63,629 nucleotides of DNA, filler included, from Octopus bimaculoides (GCF_001194135.2; 5 parts of 5 records of this genome joined end to end with filler, not necessarily neighbours in it); one strand, 5' to 3'; positions 23,243 through 35,876 are shown, counted from the first letter of the whole stretch. The notes: generated by a model from the sequence alone, not told the origin. Numbers and translations are program-made.

Positions 23243-24773
23243 TTATTATTATTATCATTAAGAAGGCAGTGAACTAGCAGAATCGTTAGCATGCTGGATG
23301 AAACGCTTAGCGGTATCTTACTCATCGCTGTGTTCTGAGTTCAAATTCCGCCGAGGTCGACTTTGCCTTTCATTTTTTTAGGGTCGATTAAATAAGTACC
23401 AGTTACACACTGGGGTCGATCTAATCGACTTAATCCCTTCCTCCAGATTTGAGGCCTTGTGCTTACAGCTGAAAATTATTGAGTAGTTAACACGCTATCA
23501 TGTGGCCACCACTTTTACATCTTCCAGGGGTCTTGTCAAATGAAATTATACATGCTAAATAGTACTTGCAAGTTCAAAAGCTAAAATCGCCATTATTATT
23601 TGTCATACATACATAGCTTCTTCAGGTTTTTATTTAATATCTCTCACAGAAAGTATGGTTGCCATTGAAAGAGCACACATGTCTGTGGCATTTTGGGGGT
23701 CTTTGAGTTGATTCAAATGGATTTACAATCATCATCATCATCATCATTGTTTAACGTCTGCTTTCCATGCTGGCATGGGTTGGACGGTTTAACTGACGAC
23801 TGGCAAGACAGGAGGCTGTACCAGGCTCCAATCTGATCTAGCAAGGTTTCTACAGCTGGATGTCTCTCCTAATGCCAACCACTCTGAGAGTGGGCACTGG
23901 CATCGACCGCGCTCGAATGGTGCTTTTTACATGCCACCAGCACTATGCATTCTTTATTATATTTCATGGCCCTTGATGAGTACTGCTTAATATTGGATTT
24001 AGAATATATATTTTCTCTTTAGTGTACAGGTTTTTAGCTTATTTGACAATCAAAAAAAATACGAAAAAGAAAATCATGTTCCATCAAATTATCTGTCGTT
24101 GAGGAGGAACTCCTGTCTTGACTTATCTTCGGAAGCAGGAATTTATTTTAAGACAGCTGTCCAGTGGATACTTGCTACTGATGAAACTCAAAAAAAGCAG
24201 AAATCTGGATCTAGCACTGCCTTTGCCACTGCTAAGTGATTTTCACTTGCTGCTGATATATTTCTGTGTTTTGTTAACACTATATAAGAGATGGTTTCAT
24301 AAGATGGCTACTGTAATTTAGAAAGCTTTCAAAGGTATATATGCTTTAAGTATGATATACAGATCATTAATTTTCTATTGGCAGTGAAAATAGTAATACA
24401 AAAATAGTGAAGTTGTACTGATTTAAATACTACTATGTCTAAATCCTATCACTTATGTTTTATTTTAAAACCAGATAAAGCATATAATTATATATATATA
24501 TTTTTTTTGTAAACCTGACAGATAAATTGGTTGCCAGTCTTACTTCACAATCTCAGATATTAATACCAGAGATGGCTAACATGGGGTGTTTTGTTTCTTG
24601 TGAAGAGTGGCAACCCCTAATACTTTTAGGAAAAACCCTTCATCAGAAAACTTCTTTTTTGAGTTTTTTCTGCTGTTGTTTCTTTACACTTGCATGGGTG
24701 GGATGGTTTTCGTTGGAATAGTTGTTTCATAATGAGTTGACCTTCCTTCAAAGTAGGGAACAGAGCAGAATTT

Positions 24774-25006
24774 GGCGGTGAGCTGGCAGAAATGTTAGCA
24801 TGCCATGTGAAATGCTTAGCAGTATTTCGTCTGCCGTTACATTCTGAGTTCAACTTCCGCCGAGATTGACTTTGCCTTTCATCCTTTCAGGGTCGATAAA
24901 TTAAGTACCAGTTACGCACTGGAGTCGATGTAATCGACTTAATACCTTTGTCTGTCCTTGTTTGTCCCCTCTATGTTTAGCCCCTTGTGGGCAATAAAGA
25001 AATAAG
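24774..25006 (+). mobile_element. SINE family A (tRNA-derived head)
   Basis: Head ggcggtgagctggcagaa with B-box gagttcaa, central ctttcatcctttc(g)gggtcgataaa domain, T-rich tail. Many other copies (23262, 32420-, 33669-33897-, 36320, 37775, 46960, 59099-60025, 63160). Confidence 0.85.
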
Positions 25007-25135
25007 AATTTGGTGAGTCACTTTGTGAGCTAACAGATTGGTTCTAGTGTCAAAATAAAATATTAGTCAATCAAATATAAACAAAATTCCTTCAACAATG
25101 GGTATGAGAAACAGTGCTCTTTGTTTTTCTTCCAG

Positions 25136-25361
25136 TGATGTTCTCTCAGTCATCAAGTCAAAACATCTAGTGAGGTCAAGCCCACCATCTCCTGTTCAGC
25201 CAACACCTGTTCAGTCAACGCCTGTTCCACCAGTTACTCAGCTAAAAGCACCACCATCACCACCTGCACCTGCCACTAAGGGTCCATCAAAGCTAAAGTA
25301 CACAGATATTCCTGTTACCAGCATGAGGAAAACAATAGCTAAACGTTTGACCGAATCAAAG
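25136..25361 (+). CDS. PDHX: PDHX exon (end of E3-binding domain, Pro-rich linker, start of inner core)
   Basis: ttcttccag|t gat gtt...tca aag|gtaagg; DVLSVIK...YTDIPVTSMRKTIAKRLTESK; phase 2 to 0. Confidence 0.9.
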
Positions 25362-25766
25362 GTAAGGGATGTGACTTTATCAACCAAATCGTCAGTTCTT
25401 ATATTAGAACTAATTTGATTCTACTGAAGCTGATCAGTTCCTTCTTCCCTTTCGAAGTCGATGAAATAAGTACCAGTTGAGNNNNNNNNNNNNNNNNNNN
25501 NNNNNNNNNNNNNNNNNNNNNNNNNNNNNNNNNNNNNNNNNNNNNNNNNNNNNNNNGGGGGGGGGGGTCACTGTAATCGACTAACCCCATCTCCCAAAAT
25601 TTCAGTCCTTGTGAAAGGACATTAGAAATGATTCTTAAGTAAAAACTAATGAGGAATTCCGGAAGAAGCTTCATGAGACCACTGCTGAGACGCTTCCGGA
25701 AAAAAAAAGAAAAACAGAAAAGCCGTTGGAAAACCGATTATAGCAGCGACTCCATCAATTCTTAGG

Positions 25767-25806
25767 GATATCTGAAGAAGGAATTTTTATTCCGAAATAT
25801 CATATC
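25767..25806 (+). ncRNA. Minimal type I hammerhead ribozyme motif in PDHX intron (sense)
   Basis: GATAT / CTGAAGA / a GGAAT-tttt-ATTCC / GAAA-TA-TC / ATATC: intact core, 5-bp stems I and II, palindromic ATAT stem III, AUC site. Confidence 0.7.
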
Positions 25807-26939
25807 AGTCTATGGATGATTAAATTACAACAATTATTATAGTCCATTGTTTGTATTGTAGTGCATTGTTGTGTCATTCAAAACATTTTATTCTTTAAAA
25901 ACTAATCACTTTTCTCTAATTATGTGGGAACTAATTGTTTACTGGCTTATTTACTTATTTATTTATTTTGTCTGAGCAGTATCTTTTTTCACTTTATCTT
26001 GGTTAGGGGATAGCGATAAGTACCTGTTAATGTATTCCATGATCAGTTTGAAATAAAACAGGTCCACAAGGGTGCAATTTCTGGAAAGGGTACTTTATAA
26101 TAAAACCAGAGAGAGTTGGGTATAAGCCAATAGTAATTACAGAGAATTGTTGGTGAGTTGGGGTTTTAATCTATTGATAATTGATGTGAACAGAGTGTCA
26201 GAAATGTTGTAATGGTGGGCTAAATGCCTTGCAATATCTTAATATTTTTGTCTCTCTCTCTGTTCTGATTTTAAATCTCTCTGGACTCAACCCTTTATAA
26301 AAAAAGAAGGGGCATTACAAGAGATTTCTTCTTGAGAAATCATCATAATCATCATTTAATGTCCCCTTTCCATGCTGGCATGGGTTAGGTGGTGTGACTG
26401 GAACTGGTAGGCTGGAGAGCTGCACCAAGTTCCAGTCTGATATGGCACGGTTTCTACACTTGGATGCTCTTCCTAACGCCAACCACTCCAAGAGTATAGT
26501 GGGTGCTTTTTACATGCCACTGGCACAGGTGCCATTTATGTGACAGCAGCAATGGCCGTAACTATGACTTCATGGGTGCCATAGAAACAAAGAACCCTAA
26601 ATTTATCATATTTTTTCAGGATATAAATCAACGTAGTCTTTCGTATAACCATGAAGGGTTCAAACATTGTTGTTATTTTTCCAAATCCTGTTGCATTTCT
26701 TTGGGATTTTTGGACCTCTGGAGGCGTTTTTTGTAGGATATAGGGTGTAAATTTGGGTCTGAAAAGTTTGATTTTTATGTCAGAAAATACAGTATTTTAA
26801 AAAATTATTTTGATTACAACTTGTTTACTGTAAAATAGATGTAATTAAGTTTTCTGACAAATCATTGCATGTTATTTAATTCTTCATTGCCATATATTGA
26901 AATATATTATACTGACATTTCATATTTTATCTCTTCTAG

Positions 26940-27015
26940 ACGACTATTCCCCATTCTTATGGCTCTATTGAATGCAATGTTGACAGTGTGAGTGCACTTA
27001 GGAAAAAATTAATTG
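26940..27015 (+). CDS. PDHX: PDHX exon
   Basis: cttctag|acg act att...att g|gtaagt; TTIPHSYGSIECNVDSVSALRKKLI; phase 0 to 1. Confidence 0.9.
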
Positions 27016-27058
27016 GTAAGTATTAAACACACACACATGCATTCAAGCACACTCACAT

Positions 27059-27090
<32 letters not shown>

Positions 27091-27710
27091 GTGATATGTA
27101 TATTTATGTATCAGGTGGTGGCATATTCATCATTATCATCATCATCATCATCATCGTCGTTGTTTAACATCCGCTTTCCATGCTAGCATGGGTTGGACGA
27201 TTTGACTGAAGACTGGTGAAACCGGATGGCAACACCAGGCTCCAATCTAATTTGGCAGAGTTTCTACAGCTGGATGCCCTTCCTAACGCCAACCACTCAG
27301 AGAATGTAGTGGGTGCATTTATGTGCCACTGGCACGGTACTGGCAGACGCATAAAATTGAGAAGGTGGAAACTATTTCTTTATGTCTAGGAACTTGATTA
27401 TTTCTCATAACTTAGTGGTTCAACAAATTGAAACTGATACATGCCACATTTAAAATGAGTTCTTGGGTCAATAGGATTGACTGAAACCCTTGAAGGCAAT
27501 GTCCCCGTCTGGTGCCGCCTGAAACAGATGAAAGAGTAAAAGTTTAATCTCCAGTAAACATACTAAAATGACAACATTTTGAACATGACTTGAGAGTAAC
27601 CAATAAACAACATTCTTCCTCTTCTCTTTATTTAGTAACTAGGTTAAAAGCTGCACTCCATACAGACTTTTAAGCTAGCTCTTGCAGAGGGCTAATTGGG
27701 CCAGTGGCCC

Positions 27711-28106
27711 AAAACTGGTTGGTTTGCACTCCGTCGGTTACGACGTCGAGGGTTCCAGTTGATCCGATCAACGGAACAGCCTGCTCGTGAAATTAACGTC
27801 CAAGTGGCTGAGCACTCCACAGACACATACGTGTACCCTTAACGTAGTTCTTGGGGATATTCATCGTGACACAGTGTGACAAGGCTGACCCTTTGAATTA
27901 CAGGCACAACAGAAACAGGAAGTAAGAGTGAGAGAAAGTTGTGGTGAAAGAGTACAGCAGGGTTCGCCACCATCCCCTGCCGGAGCCTCGTGGAGCTTCA
28001 GGTGTTTTCGCTCAATAAATACTCACAACGTCTGGTCTGGGAATTGAAACCATGATCCTATGACTGCAAGTCCGCTGCCCTAACCACTGGGCCATTGCAC
28101 CTCCAC
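27711..28106 (-). mobile_element. SINE family D (tRNA-derived head)
   Basis: Minus-strand head tggcccagtggttagggcagcggac...ggtttcaattccc; flanked by GGCCCAA direct repeat; related fragment at 53330-53535. Confidence 0.7.
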
Positions 28107-29170
28107 GGCCCAACTAAAGAGAGCTAAATAGCATGATTATAATACTCTTTTTCTTGTTTCAGTCATTTGACTGTGGCCATGCTGGAGCACCACCTTTAGT
28201 CAAGCAAATCGACCCCAGGACTTATTCTTTGTAAGCCTAGTACTTATTCTGTCCGTCTCTTTTGTCGAACTGCTAAGTTACAAGGATGTGAGCACACCAG
28301 CATCGGTTATCAAGTGATGTTGGGGGGACAAACACACACACATACATAGTCCAGAAAAAGATGTGGTGGTCACTGCTGAAATGTCTTTCATCAAAAATGT
28401 ACTCAATTGTACTGAGTTAAATAACAATTTAGTTTCCCTCATAAACCATCTTATATCTAAGGCAGTCACATGACATCATCATCGTCATTATCATTTTAAT
28501 GTCAACCCAGCCATGCTTTTATTGGTCACACAGAGTTTATTGAGGCAGGTTTTCTACTGCCAGGTGCCTTCTCTGTCACTAACCTTCACATGAAATATTT
28601 TCCCCATAAGCAGACATTCTTATAGAATATTGGAAATGAATGATGCTGTTTGTATGACAGTAGCATTCATTCACAACTATTACACAGTGTAAAGACAACA
28701 AAACATACACAGATTCATTCATATACTATTTTGAACGTGGCCGTTGCCAGTACTGCCTGACTGGCCTTCGTGCCGGTGGCACGTAAAAGCACCCACTACA
28801 CTCTCGGAGTGGTTGGCGTTAGGAAGGGCATCCAGCTGTAGAAACTCGGCCAAATCAGATTGGAGCCTGGTGTAGCCATCTGGTTCACCAGTCCTCAGTC
28901 AAATAGTCCAACCCATGCTAGCTTGGAAAGCGGACGTTAAACGATGATGATGATACACATATACATATGACAAGCTTCTTACAGTTTCCATCCTTCAAAT
29001 CCACTCACAAGATCCTAATTGGCCTGGGGCCACAGCAGAAGACACCTGCAAAACCATTTTATTTAACAAGTGAATGATAAATAATATTTGTGTATGTTAT
29101 CATTTAAATACTTGCCATTCAGTAAATGTCTAATTTGTATTATTTTTTTTTTTTCTCCCCTCTTGCACAG

Positions 29171-29232
29171 CGGATGGTATAAAAGTGTCCCTGAATGATT
29201 TTATCATAAAAGCTGCTGCCCATGCTCTACGG
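29171..29232 (+). CDS. PDHX: PDHX exon
   Basis: tgcacag|cg gat ggt...cta cgg|gtaagg; DGIKVSLNDFIIKAAAHALR; phase 1 to 0. Confidence 0.92.
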
Positions 29233-29413
29233 GTAAGGATTTTTTCTATGACACATTTAGACTGAGTCAGAGTGAGAGATTAACAAATGTTCTTAGATAT
29301 ATAAAAAAAAAATTTTAAAAAAAAACCAGCAAAGAAGAGACTCCATGGAAAACGAGAGAGTAAATATGTGGATTGTTTCTGACACAGGATTCCTTACTTA
29401 CCTATTTACATAA

Positions 29414-29842
29414 CCCTTTAGCATTGAAATTATTCTGTCAAATGTATTGCTGATTCATTCACATTATTTCGAATTAATCATGCATTATCTCGTACCTTCA
29501 AGATTCTGATTGAAACAAAATGAATGCTTGACATTGTAGTGTGGTGTGAGGAACTGGATCTGGTCAGTTTGAACATACAACAGATAAGATATTTTGGCCA
29601 GATATGACTGGTTTAACTCTTTAGCATTCAGATTACTCTGTCAAATGTAATGCTTATCTATTCACGTTGTTTTGAATTAATCATGAATTATTTCATAGCT
29701 TCAAGATTCTGATTTTAAAAAATGAATGCTAATTTTTAAATTTGACATTGTAGAGTAGGTATGAGAGGCCAGATCTTGCCAATTTGAACATAAAACAGGA
29801 AGGATATTTTGGCCAGATAATACTGATATAAATACTAAAGGG
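29414..29842. mobile_element. Two tandem piggyBac-like MITE units
   Basis: ccctttagca...tactaaaggg termini with TTAA; second unit starts at 29617 after an internal TTAA. Confidence 0.6.
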
Positions 29843-30182
29843 TTAAGTCTCTCCCCTCATCAGCCATATTGTATCTACTCCTCCGACCCTGCACTTGCAC
29901 TATACCCAGCCCTGCCTCACCAGGGGGTCAGCCCTTTATAATCCCCACTCTGTTTTTCTCCTGCTGTCATCAATTTGCAACCACTTAAAAGGAATATTAA
30001 CCACTTTTTCACCATTCTTGGATGGTCAATGAAAACATTAGGCACAACCATTTCTCTAGATTAAACCAATAAAAAAGGTTACTTTGAATTATTAATCTAT
30101 GCATTAGAACAATTTCTATGATTTATATAAAGCTCTCTCTCTCTCTCTGACTGTCTTTGTGTTTGTGTGTGTATATATTTTA

Positions 30183-31078
30183 ATATATAAAACAGAGTTT
30201 GTGTGTGTGTGTATGTTCCTTATGGATTTGAAAACTGAGTGCCGATTTTGATGTATGAGGTATCAAAACATTCAGTAATTTTTCGGCTACCAAATAAAGT
30301 ATGTTTTTTGCACAACAACTCTTTTTTATTGCAAAAATAACCTCAAAAACAAGGTTGGGTCACACAATTTTGACATCTTTAGCTAAGGGAGGCAACTCTC
30401 CTTGAACAGTCTTTGTTTTACCTGGGAATGAAACTTCAAAGTAATTTAGTAGATAATCTTTTAATGTGAAGTATGTTTTTCTGTGTTTTGTTTAGCCCTC
30501 TGATGTAGCAAACCCATTGCACAGTTTTTTTCTTTTCTTCCTGAAATACTATAAATCTGTGTCTTTCTTTTGATGAAAGGGTGCGTTTTAAGAGAGATTT
30601 GGCTGCTATTTGGAGTAACTCAAGTTATCACAGACACATCTTTGTGTTTGTGTTTTGTGGTGGTGGAAAAAATACTTTTTTTTCAGAATATTTTGCACAA
30701 TAATTTTTAAAGAAATCTGGACATCTTTCTTACAGCTAACCATTCAACTTCAAATTACAGTTGTTAAATTGTTGAAAGTCAAGTAGACAGAGATGTACGT
30801 ATAGTGTTATCGTATAGAGTGGAAATTCAATACGAAGTTTTGAACTCATTATCTTATGGTTAGTAATCCATTACCTTAAATTTGAAGCCATTAAGTCTTT
30901 AAACATTATTTTGCCAGGTTTAGTCTTTTGACTGTTGCCATGATGAGGTATCACCTTCAAAAATTTAATTGATCTGACATTTATTTCAATCTGGCATTTA
31001 TCTTACAGATCTCTGCTTGATGAACTGCTAACTTTGAGACATAGAGGGACACAATACATGATTTAACAACAGATGTAA

Positions 31079-31134
<56 letters not shown>

Positions 31135-31445
31135 TTTAGGTGCAAGAATGACTGTGTGGTTGAGAAGTTTGCTTCCTAACCACATGGTTCCATGTTCAGT
31201 CCCTCTGCATGGTACCTTGGACAAGTGTTTTCTACTATAGCCCTAGGCCAACCATAGACTTGTGACTGAATTTGGTAGACAGAAAATGCAGCGTTGTTCA
31301 TCGGAAAATGACTGTAAAGCATGTTTATAAAGAAGAATTGTTTGCTTCATGCTCCTCCTGTGCCAATTCTGCCCATAACAAAGGAACAAATAATACAATG
31401 TGGTTGTAGGTCATGACACCCGGGCAACGCCAGGGTGCATTTCTA

Positions 31446-31446
<1 letters not shown>
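30183..31446 (+). mobile_element. Non-autonomous Helitron remnant (with nested SINE)
   Basis: 3' hairpin cacccgggcaacgccagggtg and CTAG|T at 31443-31447; 5' end inferred from a tatataaaacagag motif. Confidence 0.45.
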
Positions 31447-31492
<46 letters not shown>

Positions 31493-32205
31493 TTATAGTA
31501 AGGGTGTTGAATGGTTACAACACCGGTCTGCTAGAAATAGACCCCCCCAAAAGTCCATAAACCACTACTTCTAGCAGACTGGTGTTATAATCATTCAACA
31601 CCCTTATTATTATTTTAATATAAATTAACCATTGTGATATTTTTAGTATGTTGGCCACTGATAAATCATTAAATAATGATTTTATCCTACTTATGTATAA
31701 AAATATATATGTATATATAGATATCCATCTATCTGTCTGTTTGTCTCTCACCATTTATCTCCCTTTGTGCATGGCCAGCTCATTGTATTGACATCACCAA
31801 GCTTATTACTCCATCTAATATCAGGGGTTTATCCCCTTAGCTAAGTCACAAAAACCTCATTTCCTATCACATGGAAAGCAATAATAGGAGGTGGAATTTG
31901 AACTTAGAACATAAAGATTTGGGAAAGATACTACAAGCTATCATGGACAGTGCTCTCTCTATTCCACTAATTTCCTTCTCTTATTTCGTACCTTATTTAT
32001 CAACCCTCAAAATATTAACGGTCAACTTGAACTCAGAACACAGAGAACTGAAACAAAACAAACATCACAAGGCATATATTCTGATAATCTAATGACTCTT
32101 CCAATTTGCCACATTATAAGTTGTACATAGATTGTACTGGGACTTGAACAGTCCAATAAAATATGTTCTGATATTTATTTGCTTCTTTTCCTCTAACTTC
32201 AACAG

Positions 32206-32364
32206 CGGGTGCCTGATATGAATGCTATAGTGAAAGATGGTAATCCTGTCCAGTTACCAGCTGTGGATATCTCAATAGCTGTGGCAACTCCAAATGGACT
32301 CATTACACCAATTGTCAAAAATGCCGTTAGTCTTGGTATTTCTGATATTTCAAGCTCAGTCAAG
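32206..32364 (+). CDS. PDHX: PDHX exon
   Basis: caacag|cgg gtg cct...gtc aag|gtgagt; RVPDMN...VDISIAVATPNGLITPIVKNA...SSVK; phase 0 to 0. Confidence 0.95.
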
Positions 32365-33407
32365 GTGAGTAACCTGTCGTTTAATAACATTAATATCGAA
32401 TTCATATTTTAGCAAAAGGCCAGCAAGTTCGGGGCAGAGGGGCTAGTCGATTACATCAACCCCGGTACTCAACTGGTTCTTATTTTTTCAACCCTGGAAA
32501 GATAAAAAGATGAAGTCGACCTCGGCTGAATTCAAACTCAGAACGTAAAGACAGACAAAAATAATGCTAAGCATTTTGTCCAGCATGCTAATGATTCTGC
32601 CAACTTGCCAGTTTATTTAATTACATTGAGATTAAAACAGAAAGATGTTTATCTCCAAAGATGATTCTAATAATTCACAAAGTTATAATTTTATGACTAC
32701 AACTCATCTCAGGCATTTGATATTGCCTTAATTCATTGTAAATTTATATTGGTGAAAATAATTCAGCTTAAGTTTCAAATTGAGGATAAATATTAAGATC
32801 TAAGGAAACTAGTTTGGCTGCATCAAGAAGTCACTGGCTGTATGCATAATGATTCAAATAGTACTCTTATTGAAGAAAGAAATGAAGCCCCTTGTGGGCA
32901 ATAAAGAAATAAGTGTATTTGATAGACAGAAACTGAAAGAAGCCCATCATATATGTGTGTGTATATATATGTTTGTGTGTCTGTATTTGTTCCCCCACCA
33001 TCGCTTGACAACCAATGTTGGTGTGTTTACGTCCCCATAACTTAGTGGTTCAGCAAAAAAGACCAGTAAAATAAGTACTAGGCTTACAAAGAATAAGTCC
33101 TTGGATTGATTTGTTTGACTAAAGGCAGTGCTCCAGCATGGCCACAGTCAAATGACTGAAACAAATAAAAGTGTATAAAGATAGTGTATCTGGGACTACA
33201 TTATCAAATGCTTGCATTTTTAAGATAGTAGGTTATCATCTGAAGAAGATTTAGCTGTTATTTCTAGCAGGTAAAGAGACTATGTACAGCTTTTTGGTTG
33301 GTTTTGGCTCTCATGAATAAACTTATCTAATAAATTCTACTCTTTTTGCATTTGGATAGAAAATAGAGTTAAGGTATATTGTTAAATTTTTATTTTTTAT
33401 AAGTGTA

Positions 33408-33624
33408 CGAGGGGGTGCTGAAAAGTTCCTGGCTTTGGGGCAAAGAAAACACAGAATGACCTGTTAATTATGATTTTATTCAACATATTCCTCTCTCAGA
33501 TTCACACATTTATTGCAGTACTCCTTCAGTTTTTCTAAGCCTTGTAAAAGAACTCAGAAGGTTGGACCTCCATCCAGGCCTTTTGTGATACCCTTAAAAC
33601 CAGGAACTTTTCAGTAGCCCCTCA
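33408..33624. mobile_element. mariner-type MITE
   Basis: TIRs cgagggggtgctgaaaagttcctgg / ccaggaacttttcagtagcccctca; TA flanks. Confidence 0.8.
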
Positions 33625-34869
33625 TATAGGCTATAACTTGAGAGAGAATTGGCTTCTTCTACTTTTTATTTCTTTATTGCCCACAAGGGGCTAAACATAG
33701 AGGGGACAAACAAGGACAGACAAACGGATTAAGTCGATTAGATCAACCCCAGTGCATAACTGGTACTTATTTAATCGACCCCGAAAGGATGAAAGGCTAA
33801 GTTGACCTCGGCAGAATTTGAACTCAGAACGTAGCGGCAGACGAAATACCGCTAAGCATTTCACCTGGGGTGCTAACGATTCTGCTAGCTCACCGCCTTT
33901 GGCTTCTTCTTCTTCTAGCAGACCATTCAACAGCATAAATGCTCCTTCATTGGCTCATTTTAACATCTGGTTCCTCAGTGTGNNNNNNNNNNNNNNNNNN
34001 NNNNNNNNNNNNNNNNNNNNNNNNNNNNNNNNNNNNNNNNNNNNNNNNNNNNNNNNNNNNNNNNNNNNNNNNNNNNNNNNNNNNNNNNNNNNNNNNNNNN
34101 NNNNNNNNNNNNNNNNNNNNNNNNNNNNNNNNNNNNNNNNNNNNNNNNNNNNNNNNNNNNNNNNNNNNNNNNNNNNNNNNNNNNNNNNNNNNNNNNNNNN
34201 NNNNNNNNNNNNNNNNNNNNNNNNNNNNNNNNNNNNNNNNNNNNNNNNNNNNNNNNNNNNNNNNNNNNNNNNNNNNNNNNNNNNNNNNNNNNNNNNNNNN
34301 NNNNNNNNNNNNNNNNNNNNNNNNNNNNNNNNNNNNNNNNNNNNNNNNNNNNNNNNNNNNNNNNNNNNNNNNNNNNNNNNNNNNNNNNNNNNNNNNNNNN
34401 NNNNNNNNNNNNNNNNNNNNNNNNNNNNNNNNNNNNNNNNNNNNNNNNNNNNNNNNNNNNNNNNNNNNNNNNNNNNNNNNNNNNNNNNNNNNNNNNNNNN
34501 NNNNNNNNNNNNNNNNNNNNNNNNNNNNNNNNNNNNNNNNNNNNNNNNNNNNNNNNNNNNNNNNNNNNNNNNNNNNNNNNNNNNNNNNNNNNNNNNGCAC
34601 AAGGAATATTCTAAAAATACATACCTCTACAAAATATATTTATGTGCCGGTGGCACGTAAAAGCACCCACTACACTCTCAGAGTGGTTGGCGTTAGGAAG
34701 GGCATCCAGCTGTAGAAACTCTGCCAAATTAGATTGGAGCCTGGTGCAGCCATCTGGTAAACCAGTCCTCAGTCAAATCGTCCAACCCATGCTAGCATGG
34801 AAAGCAGATGTTAAACTATGATGTATGTGTGTTTAAATTTTTGTTTGTGTGTTCATGTGCATACATATA

Positions 34870-35282
34870 CTCTTTTACTCTTTACTCTCTTTTACTTGTT
34901 TCAGTCATTTGACTGCGGCCATGCTGGAGCACCACCTTTAGTCGTGCAAATCGACCCTAGGACTTATTCTTTGGAAGCCTAGTACTTATTCTATCAGTCT
35001 CTTTTGCTGAACCGCTAAGTTACGGAGATGTAAACAGACCACCATCAGTTGTCAAGCGATGGTGGGGGGACAAACACAGACACACAAACATATACACACA
35101 CATACATATATATATATATACATATATACGACGGGCTTCTTTCACCAAATCCACTCACAAGGCTTTGGTCGGCTCAAGGCTATAATAGAAGACACTTGCC
35201 CAAGGTGCCACACAGTGGGAATGAACACAGAACCATGTGGTTCGTTAGTAAGCTACTTACCACGCAGCCACTCCTGCACCTG
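34870..35282 (-). mobile_element. SINE family B (tRNA-like head, central (CA)/(TA) microsatellite, gtaaaaga tail)
   Basis: Head ggagtggctg(t/c)gtggtaag...ggttcagtccc. About 15 further copies, e.g. 37398-37752(-), 42095-42420(-), 42425-42822(+), 44625-45001(+), 48702-49097(+), 49518-50280(-), 51185-51645(+). Confidence 0.85.
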
Positions 35283-35473
35283 TGACAATATTTTTGACAT
35301 TGAAAATTAAGGTTGATGGCTGAGTAAATGTGTTTAATGACAGTCCTAAATAATCAATGTCCTCTAAATTTAATCTGTCATGTATACGCAGACACACACA
35401 CATTTGTATATATTGAAACGTATACATAATTATTATCATTTACATATTATAATGTTTTTGTTTCTCTTTTCAG

Positions 35474-35876
35474 TATATCAAACCTTGGAATGTTTGGGAT
35501 AAGTGAATTTTCTGCTGTAATCAATCCTCCACAAGTTGGAATACTGGCTATTGGTTCATCTCGTTTAGTGCCAACTACAAACAAAACTGCCAAGACAATG
35601 ATGACCGTTGTATTGTCTTATGACCGGAGAGCTGTCAGTGAACACGAAGCAGCCATGTTTCTAGAAGCCTTCCAAGAAATAATCGAAAATCCTTCTCTGA
35701 TGCTTTCCGGAGGAGACACTCCATCTACTTGTGATAATCCAGTTTCAGAACCTGCCGCCAGCAAACCAGAAACTCCAGTCTCAGCATCTGAGACTGTAAC
35801 CGTAAGCATGGCGACACCAAATACCGATTCAAATGTATTAGCAAAAGAAGCCCTTATAAAAAGTCTTATATTCTAG
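35474..35876 (+). CDS. PDHX: PDHX terminal coding exon
   Basis: ctcttttcag|t ata tca aac; ISNLGMFGISEFSAVINPPQVGILAIG...SYDRRAV...ENPSLML plus extension, TAG at 35874-35876. Arg in place of the catalytic His of E2 (DHR) supports PDHX rather than DLAT. Confidence 0.92.

Noticed and set aside
24620-24650. Minus-strand CTGATGA-AGG...CCT-AAAAG motif
   Set aside because: G12 is absent and there is no stem I or stem III.
27990-28106. tRNA gene
   Set aside because: A and B boxes belong to SINE heads; there is no complete cloverleaf and the sequence continues into SINE body.
35474-35876. DLAT (E2) instead of PDHX
   Set aside because: The catalytic DHR His is replaced (SYDRR), and exon boundaries match those I recall for vertebrate PDHX.
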